DNA of 64,000 bases from Chthonomonadales bacterium (GCA_035477595.1 DATIKM010000071.1:878-64877); one strand, 5' to 3'; shown: positions 1-9,029, counted from the stretch's first letter. The notes: a model not told the origin generated them from the letters alone. Made by a program: numbers and translations.

Positions 1-519
1 CTCAGGGGCGCGAGGATCGACGTCGAGCCACTGCTGCAGGAGCTCGGCCTCATTGCGTGGAGACCGGTTCAGCGCCTCGGGCAGCGTGATCGCGGTGGCC
101 TCGGCGATGGCCGACTGACACTCCAACTCCTGTCGCTCCTCGCCTGGATCGCCCGACTCGGCGAATGCGTGGCGGCCCAGGACCATGGCGGTGAGCAGGA
201 AGCTGTCGAAACCCGTCGCGACGGGATGGTAGTGGTCACCAGCAGCGCTCCAGCGCAGCACGGGAAGGTCCCGTCCGGCTGGCTCTCCCAAGGCGTAGAA
301 CCCGTAGAGATCATCGTCGGCGCCCCTCCCGAACGGCAGGAACGCCGGGAGCATCCCGGAATGCCGCTCGAGGTCCGCCTCTATCTCCTCAACCGACAGG
401 AACGCGCACGCCCAGAGGCACTGGAAGTCGGGGGCGGCGTAGAGGCGGCGGAAAGAGCCCGGTACCGGGACTCTCCAATGCGCCTCAACCGCGTCGACGG
501 CGCTGCTGATGTCGCTCAT
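1..519 (-). CDS. SMI1/KNR4 (SUKH-1) family protein, 3' end cut by window edge
   Basis: Reading the minus strand from ATG at 519 gives 173 codons with no stop down to position 1. It is absent from the ORF track because it runs off the window. Translation MSDISSAVDAVEAHWRVPVPGSFRRLY...GMLPAFLPFGRGADDDLYGFYALGEPAGRDLPVLRWSAAGDHYHPVATGFDSFLLTAMV fits my recollection of the SMI1/KNR4 layout (F-PFG..GD.YxF, PV..W, VA.SF..FL). GC3 is high. Confidence 0.5.
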   Translation of the reverse strand, partial: MSDISSAVDAVEAHWRVPVPGSFRRLYAAPDFQCLWACAFLSVEEIEADLERHSGMLPAFLPFGRGADDDLYGFYALGEPAGRDLPVLRWSAAGDHYHPVATGFDSFLLTAMVLGRHAFAESGDPGEERQELECQSAIAEATAITLPEALNRSPRNEAELLQQWLDVDPRAPE

Positions 520-590
520 GGGCACCGGACCTTTCGGGATCGAGGCCGCTTGCATGGGCCGGGAGGCGCTGGACTCCCGGGGGGACCGCC

Positions 591-2324
591 ATGATACGCA
601 GCATACCCTTCGACAGCCTCGCTCTTCATCACGTCGCGCGCGAGCTCACCGAAGCTCTGCAGTGTGCGGTGGTGCAGCAGGTGTTCCAGCCGGCGGTCCT
701 GGATGTGTGCATCGGTCTCCGCTGCCCGGGCCGGACGCACTTCCTCCTCGTCTCGTGCGAGGCGACCATGGCGCGCGTCCATCTCTTGGCGTCCAGGCCA
801 AAGCCTCTCCCAGAAGCGCCGTCGTTTACGATGGCATGTCGCAAGTGGCTCCTGGGGGCCGCCCTGCGCAGCGTTGTCCAACGGGATGACGACCGCATAC
901 TCGACCTGCGCCTCGCACGCGGTTCGGAGGAGCTGACGCTCACCGTGGAGATCATGGGCCGGCACTCGAACGCCATCCTGCGGGGTGCGGACGACCGTGT
1001 GCTGGCCGCCCTCAAGCTCGTAACCGCCGCCATCAGCAGGCGCCGCGAGGTGGCGCCTGGGCTCATGTACAGCCCTCCCCCAACGGCGCCGGGCGGCGCC
1101 CACAGCCCCTGGGCACACGATGCCGCGGAGCGCGCCATGCGCAGTGTCGCCCATGCGGAGGATCCTGCTGCCAGCATCGTGGAGACGTTTCGCGGCGTGT
1201 TGCCATTCCTGGCCCGCGACCTCGTCGCTCGTTCCATCACGGATGGCTGGCGGGAGGCGTGGGCAGTTGCCTTCCCGCACGACGACGCGACTGGTGGCGG
1301 TGGCTGGGTGGTGCGCACGCCCGGAGGAGCGGTTCTAGGCGCCTATCCGATCGAGGTCTCCTCCGTGCCGGGCGCCATCCATGAGCGCCGTGCCACGCTG
1401 AACCAGGCGCTGGACGAGGCCTACGCCGATCTGGCGCGCAATGAGGTCGTCCAGCGGGCTCGGCAGTTGCTCGTTGGAGACATCCGGAGCGCACTGCGAG
1501 CCCTCGCGGAGCAGCGGTCCGCGCTCTCCCGGCGCGTTGGCGACGGCTCGCGCGCGGACGAACTGCAGACCGCCGCGGAGGCGCTTCTGGCAGGACTGCA
1601 CCTTGTGTTGCCCGGCGAGAGCGAGGCTGAGGTCCCGGACGTCCACTCGGAGGCGGGGGGCACGCGGTGCATCGCACTCGATCCGGCCCTGTCCCCACAT
1701 GGGAACGCCGAAGCGCTGTTCCGTCGCGCCCGAAAGGCGCGGCAGGGCGCGAGTGCGGCGGCGCGCCAGATGCACGTCGTGGAGACGCGGCTGGCCGCCC
1801 TGGCCGCCGCACTGGTGTGCGCCGAGAGCGCCCGCGACGCGGAGGAGGTCGAGCACATCCGCGCGAACGCGCTTCGGTCCGGTGCACTCCGCCCGGCTCC
1901 CATCGATGCGGTGGGCCCTTCAGGTTCGCCCAGCCAGCGCGTTGGCCTGCGTACGCACCGCATCCGGACCCTGGTGCTTGGCGGTGGGTGGACCATCCTC
2001 GTCGGCGAGACGAGCAGTGGGAACGACCACCTCACCACGCGCGTGGCGTCACCGAACGACCTGTGGCTCCACGCGCGGGCCGCCTCGGGCGCCCACGTGG
2101 TGGTTCGGACCGGGGGCAATCCGGGCGCCGTGCCGGAGAGGGTCATCCGGCGCGCGGCGCTTGAGGCGGCCCGAAACAGCGCTGCAAAGCACTCCTCTGT
2201 GGTCGCCGTCGACTGCACGCTCAGGAAGCATGTCCGCCGGCTGCGCGGCGCTGCGCCGGGATCGGTGACCTACTCGCGGGAGCGCACGCTGCACGTGGAC
2301 CCAGGTGAAGAGGTGCAGGCCTGA
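591..2324 (+). CDS. rqcH: RqcH/NFACT family ribosome quality-control protein (FbpA/Tae2-like, DUF814 C-terminus)
   Basis: 577-aa ORF. The N-terminus MIRSIPFDSLALHHVAREL...QQVFQP...LRL and RHSNAIL are typical of the NFACT-N domain. The C-terminal part ILVGETSSGNDHLTTRVASPNDLWLHARAASGAHVVV...AAKHSS is the NFACT-R/DUF814 signature. Confidence 0.75.
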   Translation: MIRSIPFDSLALHHVARELTEALQCAVVQQVFQPAVLDVCIGLRCPGRTHFLLVSCEATMARVHLLASRPKPLPEAPSFTMACRKWLLGAALRSVVQRDDDRILDLRLARGSEELTLTVEIMGRHSNAILRGADDRVLAALKLVTAAISRRREVAPGLMYSPPPTAPGGAHSPWAHDAAERAMRSVAHAEDPAASIVETFRGVLPFLARDLVARSITDGWREAWAVAFPHDDATGGGGWVVRTPGGAVLGAYPIEVSSVPGAIHERRATLNQALDEAYADLARNEVVQRARQLLVGDIRSALRALAEQRSALSRRVGDGSRADELQTAAEALLAGLHLVLPGESEAEVPDVHSEAGGTRCIALDPALSPHGNAEALFRRARKARQGASAAARQMHVVETRLAALAAALVCAESARDAEEVEHIRANALRSGALRPAPIDAVGPSGSPSQRVGLRTHRIRTLVLGGGWTILVGETSSGNDHLTTRVASPNDLWLHARAASGAHVVVRTGGNPGAVPERVIRRAALEAARNSAAKHSSVVAVDCTLRKHVRRLRGAAPGSVTYSRERTLHVDPGEEVQA

Positions 2325-2442
2325 TGGTGCCGGAGCGCCGCGTCCGGATGCCTGACGCGCAGACGGCGTCTCCCGCGGCGGTCGCGCCCCTCGGGGCGAC
2401 CTGGAATCGCGCGAGACGCCGTGCGATGCGTCGGCGCCGGGA

Positions 2443-2694
2443 CTACTCGGACAGGTAGGGCAGAAGCGCCAGGTGCCGGGCGCGCTTGATGGCGGTGCTG
2501 ACCTTGCGCTGGAACCATGCACGGGTGCCCGTGGTGCGGCGGGCGATGATCTTGCCGCGTTCCGACATCAGCTTGCGCAAGCGCGGTATGTCCTTGTAGT
2601 CGACGGTCGGTATCTTGCCGGCGCTGAACATACAGACCTTGCGCCTCGGCTTCCGGTACTTCCCAGGGGTGCGCTTTCTCGGTGGTGGCGGCAT
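2443..2694 (-). CDS. rpsR: 30S ribosomal protein S18
   Basis: The C-terminal 83 aa of the 112-aa ORF ([62 protein letters not shown]) is classic bS18. Start moved to the internal ATG at 2694, which has an AGGAGAG RBS upstream. Synteny rpsF-ssb-rpsR. Confidence 0.9.
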   Translation of the reverse strand: MPPPPRKRTPGKYRKPRRKVCMFSAGKIPTVDYKDIPRLRKLMSERGKIIARRTTGTRAWFQRKVSTAIKRARHLALLPYLSE

Positions 2695-2777
2695 GTGACT
2701 CTCTCCTGTGCTGCCCGACAGAGGCCGCGACGCCTGATGCGGTTCAGCGGCCCTGTCATCTGTGTCGTGTCGCCGGC

Positions 2778-3218
2778 TCACTCGTCGGCGAAGGGGTCCC
2801 CCTGATCTATGTCGCCGGCGTCCGGCGTCGCAGCGGCTTGGGCGGTCGCGGCGCTGGCGGCTGGCGGCTGTCCGCCGTGGACGTCGCCCGGGTCACGCGG
2901 TCTGTCAAGCCCCTGCACGTTGTCCGCCACGACCTCGGCTGTGGTGCGCTTCGTGCCGTCCTGCGCCACCCACGAACGGATCTGCAGACGGCCCTCCACA
3001 GAAACCAGTCGGCCCTTCGTCAGGTACTGCGTGACGAACTCGGCCGTCCTCCGCCAGGCGACGATGTTCACAAAGTCTGTCTGCTTCTCGCCGGTCTCGG
3101 CGTTGCGTGTCGGGCGGTCCACCGCCAGCCCGAAGGTGGCGACGGCGATGCCCTGCGGCGTGTACTTGCTCTCCGGGTCGCGGGTGAGCCGACCGATGAG
3201 GACAATACGGTTCAGCAT
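2778..3218 (-). CDS. ssb: single-stranded DNA-binding protein
   Basis: [16 protein letters not shown]...[35 protein letters not shown] is the OB fold. There is a Gly/Pro/Ala-rich linker and an acidic tail ending [11 protein letters not shown]. It lies between rpsF and rpsR. Confidence 0.9.
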   Translation of the reverse strand: MLNRIVLIGRLTRDPESKYTPQGIAVATFGLAVDRPTRNAETGEKQTDFVNIVAWRRTAEFVTQYLTKGRLVSVEGRLQIRSWVAQDGTKRTTAEVVADNVQGLDRPRDPGDVHGGQPPAASAATAQAAATPDAGDIDQGDPFADE

Positions 3219-3288
3219 GGTCGTGGGCCTTCCGGTTCCCCGCCGTCAAGGCGGGCGACGCGTGCGCACGGCTTCTGGGCGATGCGGC

Positions 3289-3831
3289 TCAGGCCTCGGG
3301 TCTGGGTGTGGGCTCCGCAGGGGCTTCCGCAGTGGCCTCCGCGGGCGCTTCGGCTGGCACGGACTCCTGCACCGGCTCACCGGGAGCAGACTCAGGCGGG
3401 GTGTCCGCCGCTGGCGCCGGAGCAGCCTCGGCGACTGGGGCGCGCGCTGGAGCGGCGGGTGGCGCCGGGGCAGCCGGAGGCGGAGGTACGAGTGGGCCGG
3501 GCGTGACGGTGGGTGCCTTGGGGTCCTTGAGCACGGTGAGGTGCCGCATCACTTGCTCACTGATGCCGAGGACCCGGTCCAGTTCCTTCTTTACATCGGG
3601 CCCGGCTTCGAAGTTCATCAGGATGTAGATGCCTTCGCGCTTGCCCCGGACCTCATAGGCGAGCCGGCGCCTTCCGCCCTCCCACTTGCCAGTATCACCG
3701 ACCACGCCACCCATGTCGGTGACCACCTTCTTGAAACGCTCGACGATCGGCTCCAGTGCCTCGTCCACGACGTCGGGATCGACGATGTACATGGACTCGT
3801 AGGCGCGAAGCCCTGTCTTCGCATGCCGCAA
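3289..3831 (-). CDS. rpsF: 30S ribosomal protein S6 with Ala/Pro/Glu-rich C-terminal tail
   Basis: LRAYESMYIVDPDV...RFKKVV...GKWEGGRRRLAYEVRGKREGIYILMNF matches bS6. I place the start at TTG 3831, 8 nt downstream of GGAGG (3840-3844). The ATG at 3792 is an alternative. The 266-aa track ORF is an upstream over-extension. Confidence 0.85.
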   Translation of the reverse strand: MRHAKTGLRAYESMYIVDPDVVDEALEPIVERFKKVVTDMGGVVGDTGKWEGGRRRLAYEVRGKREGIYILMNFEAGPDVKKELDRVLGISEQVMRHLTVLKDPKAPTVTPGPLVPPPPAAPAPPAAPARAPVAEAAPAPAADTPPESAPGEPVQESVPAEAPAEATAEAPAEPTPRPEA

Positions 3832-4020
3832 TGCGCTTACCTCCCCTCGGACGTTGGCTCCGCACGGACGCGGAGCAGAGAGATGACGGGCAAGGGGACC
3901 GCGCCGCATCCGCGGCGCAGCGGGGCGCCAGAGGCACCCAACGAGCGCGGCACTGTGGCGCCACGCCCCCGCACGCTCCGTCCCGGTCTGACCGCGGCTT
4001 CGGTTCGACCGGACCGGAGC

Positions 4021-4049
4021 AGTATACCTCTCTGGGTCACGAGGTGCAA
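4021..4049 (-). promoter_or_regulatory. sigma-70-type promoter TTGCAC-N17-TATACT for the rpsF-ssb-rpsR operon
   Basis: On the minus strand the -35 TTGCAC is at 4049-4044 and the -10 TATACT at 4026-4021, with an exact 17-nt spacer. It stands out in a GC-rich intergenic region and predicts a ~180-nt leader before the rpsF start. Confidence 0.55.
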
Positions 4050-4070
4050 ATCGGCGCTGATCTGCGGTGT

Positions 4071-4099
4071 TTGACTCGCTACAGCCCACGCGCTATACT
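4071..4099 (+). promoter_or_regulatory. sigma-70-type promoter TTGACT-N17-TATACT, divergent from the rpsF promoter
   Basis: -35 TTGACT at 4071-4076, -10 TATACT at 4094-4099, 17-nt spacer. It lies back-to-back, 21 nt from the rpsF -35. Confidence 0.55.
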
Positions 4100-4109
4100 G
4101 ATGCTTCCG

Positions 4110-4135
4110 CCGTCCGGCACGGCCGTGCCGGACGG
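4110..4135 (+). promoter_or_regulatory. perfect 26-nt palindrome (11-bp stem, GGCC loop) at the predicted 5' end of the transcript
   Basis: CCGTCCGGCAC-GGCC-GTGCCGGACGG read directly from the sequence. It starts ~4 nt after the predicted TSS of the 4071-4099 promoter. It could be an RNA 5' stem-loop or a dimeric operator. Confidence 0.4.
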
Positions 4136-4203
4136 GCCTGCGTCTGAGCGCTGCCAACGCCCGATGCGCTGCACGCCCGGAACCCGGAAGGAACGCGATC
4201 ACG

Positions 4204-4356
4204 ATGAGGATCCGCCACAAAGAGCTCCGCCGCACGCGCAAGCGGGCCGAGGACCGCCTGCAGGCGCGCCTGGCTGCCGCAAAGGCAGCGAAGTCTGTCA
4301 CCGCCTCGACCGCTCGCGCGAGGGCTCGCCGCACCGCCAAGCCGGCCCATGGCTAA
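4204..4356 (+). CDS. hypothetical 50-aa highly basic protein (below the ORF-track size cutoff)
   Basis: ATG 4204 is preceded by GGAAGGAA ~10 nt upstream. Translation MRIRHKELRRTRKRAEDRLQARLAAAKAAKSVTASTARARARRTAKPAHG ends at TAA 4354-4356. It is downstream of a consensus promoter. No family recognised. Confidence 0.25.
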   Translation: MRIRHKELRRTRKRAEDRLQARLAAAKAAKSVTASTARARARRTAKPAHG

Positions 4357-4447
4357 GCAGGATACGTCTCGAACCCTCTAACGGGGCGCGTGATGCCGGC
4401 GTGCGTCTCCGCCGGCAGCGGCCCCTCCGCCCGGGGGATGCCACGCG

Positions 4448-6397
4448 ATGGCCCACTCACCCGGCAGCATGCCTCCGAACCAGCCCCCATCGTCCAGCCC
4501 GCTCGCCCGCCCCGGGATCACCGCTCGCGCTATCGTCATCGGCGCGCTGATCATCCCGCTCAATGCGTTCTGGGTTGTCCGACTCGAGCGCGTCCTGTTC
4601 GGGCCGTATCCCTCCACCATCTCGCTGTTCCCCAACGCGGTCTTCGTGCTCCTGCTGCTGATCGTGGGCAATGCCGTGGTCCGGCGGCGCATACCTCGCG
4701 TGGCTCTAGGACAGGGCGAGCTCCTCACCATCTATTTCATGGTGGCGGTGTCGACCGGGCTGGCGGGGCTCGACGGGCCCGCCATGCTCGCGCAGATCGT
4801 GCCCCACGGGGCGTGGCTTACAGCGCAAGCGGAGCGCTGGCACCGGGTGGCCGAGACCATTCCGGCATGGCTGGCCATACGCGACTTCGACGTGGTGCGG
4901 GGGCACTTCCTTGGCAACTCCACGTTCGCGTATTGGCCTCACCTGCGGGCATGGCTCGTGCCGCTGGGCTCCTGGACGCTCCTCGTGGTTCTTCTGCTGT
5001 GGACCTCGATGTGCCTGAATGTGGTTCTTCGCAAGCAGTGGCAGGACCGCGAGCGGCTCTCGTTCCCGATCGTGTGGCTGCCACTCGAGATGAGCGATCC
5101 CGGCGGCGGCCTCTGGAGCAACCGCCTGATGTGGGCCGGTTTCGCTTTCGCGGCCTGCCTGGGCCTCTACAACGGGATCGCGTTCCTGTACCCGTCGATC
5201 CCTATGGTGCCGGTCGGCATCTATGACCTGACGCCGCTGCTCACCACGAAGCCTTGGGACGCTATTGACTGGCTGCCGACGACTCTGTACCCGCTCGCAA
5301 TCGGTCTCGGTTACCTGCTGCCCACGGACTTGCTCTTCTCGTGCTGGTTCTTCTTCCTCGCCTTCAAGGGGCAGCTTGTCGTCTCGAACGCGTTCGCCTG
5401 GGATGCAACGCCTGACTTCCCGTTCATCCGTGAGCAGGGGTTCGGGGCGGTGATGGCGCTGGCCGGCTTCTACGTGTGGACGTCGCGCACCGTGTTTGCC
5501 GAGGCCTGGGCGCGCCCCTCAGCATCGGATGACGGCGCGATGTCGACTCGCGCCGCGCTCATCGGGGCCGGTGTGGGTCTCGTTGCCTGCACCGCGTTCC
5601 TCTCTGTTGCCGGCATGACGTGGTGGCTGGCGCTCACGGTCCATGTGATGTATCTGGCTGTCGTCGTGGTGGTTTGCCGCGTGCGCGCAGAGCTGGGGCC
5701 GCCAGTGCACGACTTTCACTTCATCGGGCCTGACCGCATGCTGCCCAGGATCTTCGGAGTGGAGGGCTGGCGGCGCGAGGACCTCGGGATGATGGCGACG
5801 CTGTGGGCCTTCAACCGGGCGCACCGGGGAGATGTCCAGCCGGTCGGTCTCGAGGCGCTCACGGCTGCCCATCGACGGGGCTGGGAGCCGCGAAGGATGT
5901 TCACCGCCATCATGGTCGCCGTGGTGGTGGGAACGCTCGGCGCCTTCTGGGCGCACGAGACTCAGGCGTACGCGCTGGGCACGTCGGCGCGGTTCAACCA
6001 GGGCGTGGGGCAGGCGCAGGAGGTGTTCGACAAGCTGTCCGGTTGGCTGGAGGGGACGCAGGACAGCCGCCCGAACGTGCCGGCCGTGTGGTCAATGGCA
6101 GGCGGCGCGGCGACCTGCCTCGCGCTCATGGTCGTGCGGATGCGCACAGTGGGATTTCCCTTCCACCCAATCGGCTTCGCGGTTGCGAGCGGCTGGAGCA
6201 TCCACCTGGTCTGGCTACCGTTGATGATCGCGTGGGCGGTGAAGATCCTCGTCATGCGCTACGGGGGGCTCGCGCTGTACCGCCGCCTGCTGCCCTTCTT
6301 CCTAGGGCTGATCCTCGGAGACTGCGTTCAGGGAAGCCTGTGGGGCCTCGCCAGCCTGGCTCTGAACATGCGCATGTACAACTCGTTCGGGGCATAG
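4448..6397 (+). CDS. large polytopic membrane protein of unknown function
   Basis: 649-aa ORF with many hydrophobic helices (IVIGALIIPLNAFWVV, VFVLLLLIVGNAVV, WTLLVVLLLWTSMCLNVV, LALTVHVMYLAVVVVVC and others). GC3 is high. No catalytic motif that I recognise. Confidence 0.6.
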   Translation: MAHSPGSMPPNQPPSSSPLARPGITARAIVIGALIIPLNAFWVVRLERVLFGPYPSTISLFPNAVFVLLLLIVGNAVVRRRIPRVALGQGELLTIYFMVAVSTGLAGLDGPAMLAQIVPHGAWLTAQAERWHRVAETIPAWLAIRDFDVVRGHFLGNSTFAYWPHLRAWLVPLGSWTLLVVLLLWTSMCLNVVLRKQWQDRERLSFPIVWLPLEMSDPGGGLWSNRLMWAGFAFAACLGLYNGIAFLYPSIPMVPVGIYDLTPLLTTKPWDAIDWLPTTLYPLAIGLGYLLPTDLLFSCWFFFLAFKGQLVVSNAFAWDATPDFPFIREQGFGAVMALAGFYVWTSRTVFAEAWARPSASDDGAMSTRAALIGAGVGLVACTAFLSVAGMTWWLALTVHVMYLAVVVVVCRVRAELGPPVHDFHFIGPDRMLPRIFGVEGWRREDLGMMATLWAFNRAHRGDVQPVGLEALTAAHRRGWEPRRMFTAIMVAVVVGTLGAFWAHETQAYALGTSARFNQGVGQAQEVFDKLSGWLEGTQDSRPNVPAVWSMAGGAATCLALMVVRMRTVGFPFHPIGFAVASGWSIHLVWLPLMIAWAVKILVMRYGGLALYRRLLPFFLGLILGDCVQGSLWGLASLALNMRMYNSFGA

Positions 6398-6398
6398 A

Positions 6399-7229
6399 AT
6401 GGGTGCGGACCGTCTCAGGGGGCGTGTGGCCGTGGTCACCGGCGCATCCTCGGGTATTGGCGCGGCGGCCGCCCGCGAGATGGCGCGGCGCGGGATGCAC
6501 GTGGTGCTCGCCGGTCGCGCCCGAGAGGCTCTGGAGCGCGAGGCGGAAGCCGTCGTGTCCCTGGGCGGCCGGGCTCTAGCGGTACCCACCGACGTCTGCG
6601 ACCGCGCGCCGGTGCAGCGTCTGCTCGACGCGTCTCTGGAGCACTTCGGGCGCATCGACGTGTGGGTGAACAATGCGGGCTCGGGGCTCGTGGCTTCCTT
6701 CGAGCAGACGACCGCGCAGGAGATGGAGGCGATCTGGCGGGTCAACTACATGGGCGCCTTCCACGGGTGCGCTGCCGCGCTGCAGCAGATGCGTCGCCAG
6801 GGGCGCGGCCACATCGTCAACGTGTCATCGCTCGCGGGCCGCTTCGCTCTGCCGCTTAATGCTGCCTACTGCGCTTCCAAGGCGGCGATGACCGCGTTGA
6901 GCCACTCCCTCCGAGCGGAGCTCGAGGGGTCCGGCATCCACGTGACGGTGGTGCTCCCGGGTTGGACGGAGACGCCATTCTCTCAGAACGCGACCCGCAA
7001 GATCCCCGACGTGTGCACAGAACGCAGGGCGGTGCGCCCCGATCCCCCGGAGCGCGTAGCCCGCGCGATCGTCGCGGTGCTCCGCAGGCCCCGGCCTGAG
7101 GTCGTGTGCCTGCCCGCGCCCCGGCTTGTGCTGGCCGTGACCGATCTGGCGCCGAGCGCGTGGCACGCTGTCGCGCGCGCTTACCTGCGCGTCCGGACGG
7201 GGGGCCGGGGACTACCACCGCGCGGCTAG
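6399..7229 (+). CDS. SDR family oxidoreductase
   Basis: TGASSGIG cofactor motif, NNAG, and the catalytic S...YCASK (YxxxK). Length 276 aa. The start lies 1 nt after the upstream stop. Confidence 0.85.
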   Translation: MGADRLRGRVAVVTGASSGIGAAAAREMARRGMHVVLAGRAREALEREAEAVVSLGGRALAVPTDVCDRAPVQRLLDASLEHFGRIDVWVNNAGSGLVASFEQTTAQEMEAIWRVNYMGAFHGCAAALQQMRRQGRGHIVNVSSLAGRFALPLNAAYCASKAAMTALSHSLRAELEGSGIHVTVVLPGWTETPFSQNATRKIPDVCTERRAVRPDPPERVARAIVAVLRRPRPEVVCLPAPRLVLAVTDLAPSAWHAVARAYLRVRTGGRGLPPRG

Positions 7230-7256
7230 CTCCCGACCGTACGGCGCCCGCTGTGC

Positions 7257-7262
7257 TACAAT
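7257..7262 (+). promoter_or_regulatory. possible extended -10 element (TGcTACAAT) upstream of hslU
   Basis: TACAAT at 7257-7262 with TG at 7254-7255, 66 nt before the hslU ATG. No convincing -35. Confidence 0.3.
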
Positions 7263-7327
7263 GCCGGCACGCCCGCGCCCTCGGGCCGCGGTGAGGCACG
7301 CGTGCTTGGAGAGGCCTTGGATCCCTC

Positions 7328-8779
7328 ATGTCTGAACTGACGCCGAGCCAGATCGTCGCCGAGCTGAACCGATTCATCGTTGGACAGGATAAGGCGAAAC
7401 GCGCGGTTGCCATCGCGCTCCGCAACCGCTACCGCCGCCGTCTGCTGCCCGACGACCTGCGCGACGAGGTGATCCCGAAGAACATCCTGATGATCGGACC
7501 TACGGGCGTGGGGAAGACCGAAATCGCCCGACGGCTGGCCAACCTGGCGAACGCGCCCTTCATCAAGGTGGAGGCGACCAAGTTCACCGAGGTCGGCTAC
7601 GTGGGCCGCGACGTGGACTCAATGGTGCGCGACCTCGCCCAGGTTGCAGTGCGGATGGTGGAGAAGGAGCGCACCAAGCTGGTTCAGGAGGAGGCCGACG
7701 AGCGCGCGGTAGAGAGGATTGTGGACCTGCTGCACCCGCGGCGGCGGTCGCGGCTCCGAGGTGACGGCGAGGCCGACACAGCGGAGGCGTTCCGCCGCCA
7801 GTTCGCCTCGCTGTTCGGCGCGCAGTGGAGCCGCGAGGCGAGCGAGGAGGCTGAGGCGCAGACCGGCGAGCCGGACCGCCAGCAGCGAGCGCGCGAGGAC
7901 CGTATCAGGGCCCGGCTGAGGGAGCGCGTGCGATCCGGACTGTGCGACGAGGAGCGCGTCCAGATCGAGGTCGAGGCGTCGCAGGCGCCCTTTCTGCAGG
8001 TGTTCTCGCCGCAGGGGATGGAGGAGATGGGCGTCTCGGACCTCCAGAGCGCGTTCGGCAACCTGATGAACCGGGGCAAGAAGGCACGCTCCTGTTCGGT
8101 TCGCGATGCGCGGCAGATTCTGGCTCAGGAGGAGGCTCGGGCGCTCGTCGACCATGATACGGTCGTCCGGGAGGCGATCGAGGTCACGGAGCAGAGCGGG
8201 ATCATTTTCATTGATGAGCTTGACAAGATCGCTGGTCGAGAGGGCGGGCACGGACCCGACGTAAGCCGCGAGGGGGTTCAGCGCGACCTGCTGCCCATCG
8301 TCGAGGGCAGTACCGTGGCGACGAAGTACGGGCCCGTCCGCACGAACCACATCCTGTTCATCGCCGCTGGGGCGTTCCACGTCTCGAAGCCGTCGGACCT
8401 CATCCCGGAGATGCAGGGCCGCCTGCCTATCCGGGTGAGCCTGGAGAGCCTAACCGAGGCCGACCTGAGGCGGATCCTGACGGAGCCCCAGAACGCTCTC
8501 GTCCGCCAATACCGGGCGCTACTTGCTGCGGACGGTCTGGACGTCACCTTCACCGAAGAGGCGGTGGACGAGATCAGCAGGATCGCGGCCCTCGTCAACT
8601 CGCGCAGCGAGAACATCGGTGCCCGCCGGCTACACACGGTGCTCGAACGCCTGCTGGAGGAGTTGTCATTCGGTGCACCCGACATGCCCTTCAGCGCGAA
8701 GGTGATCGACGGCGACTACGTGCGCACCCGGCTGGAGGACATCGCAGGCGACCAGGACCTGAGCCGCTACATCCTGTAG
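7328..8779 (+). CDS. hslU: ATP-dependent protease ATPase subunit HslU
   Basis: [37 protein letters not shown]...[19 protein letters not shown]...[29 protein letters not shown] is Walker B. The C-terminal [18 protein letters not shown]...LSRYIL is the canonical HslU end. Confidence 0.95.
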   Translation: MSELTPSQIVAELNRFIVGQDKAKRAVAIALRNRYRRRLLPDDLRDEVIPKNILMIGPTGVGKTEIARRLANLANAPFIKVEATKFTEVGYVGRDVDSMVRDLAQVAVRMVEKERTKLVQEEADERAVERIVDLLHPRRRSRLRGDGEADTAEAFRRQFASLFGAQWSREASEEAEAQTGEPDRQQRAREDRIRARLRERVRSGLCDEERVQIEVEASQAPFLQVFSPQGMEEMGVSDLQSAFGNLMNRGKKARSCSVRDARQILAQEEARALVDHDTVVREAIEVTEQSGIIFIDELDKIAGREGGHGPDVSREGVQRDLLPIVEGSTVATKYGPVRTNHILFIAAGAFHVSKPSDLIPEMQGRLPIRVSLESLTEADLRRILTEPQNALVRQYRALLAADGLDVTFTEEAVDEISRIAALVNSRSENIGARRLHTVLERLLEELSFGAPDMPFSAKVIDGDYVRTRLEDIAGDQDLSRYIL

Positions 8780-9000
8780 GTAGAGCGTCAGCCCAGCATA
8801 CTCGCGCTACGGCAGCCAGTGCTACCGCACGGATAGCCACTGTGCCTCCCAGACGGCGGCGCGCCCCTATTGCGCCCTCGGTTGGACGGCGGGTAGCCAG
8901 GTGACATCCCGGCACCGTGACCGGACCCGTGGCGGCTCTGAGTGCGGTGAGCAGCCCTCCGCGGATGGTCGCGCGGGTCGGTGCCGCCAAGTCGGTGCGC

Positions 9001-9029
9001 TTGCATTGGCGATAGCCCAGCGGTATAAT
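9001..9029 (+). promoter_or_regulatory. sigma-70-type promoter TTGCAT-N17-TATAAT for tRNA-Ala
   Basis: -35 TTGCAT at 9001-9006, perfect -10 TATAAT at 9024-9029, 17-nt spacer. The mature tRNA 5' end is 13 nt downstream of the -10. Confidence 0.6.

Noticed and set aside
8780-9000. 220-nt non-coding stretch after hslU with an interrupted 9-bp stem (GGCA-gc-CAGTG ... CACTG-TGCC), considered as an ncRNA or terminator.
   Set aside because: No recognisable RNA family motif, no U-tract, and the overlapping track ORFs are low-complexity. There is insufficient evidence to call a feature.
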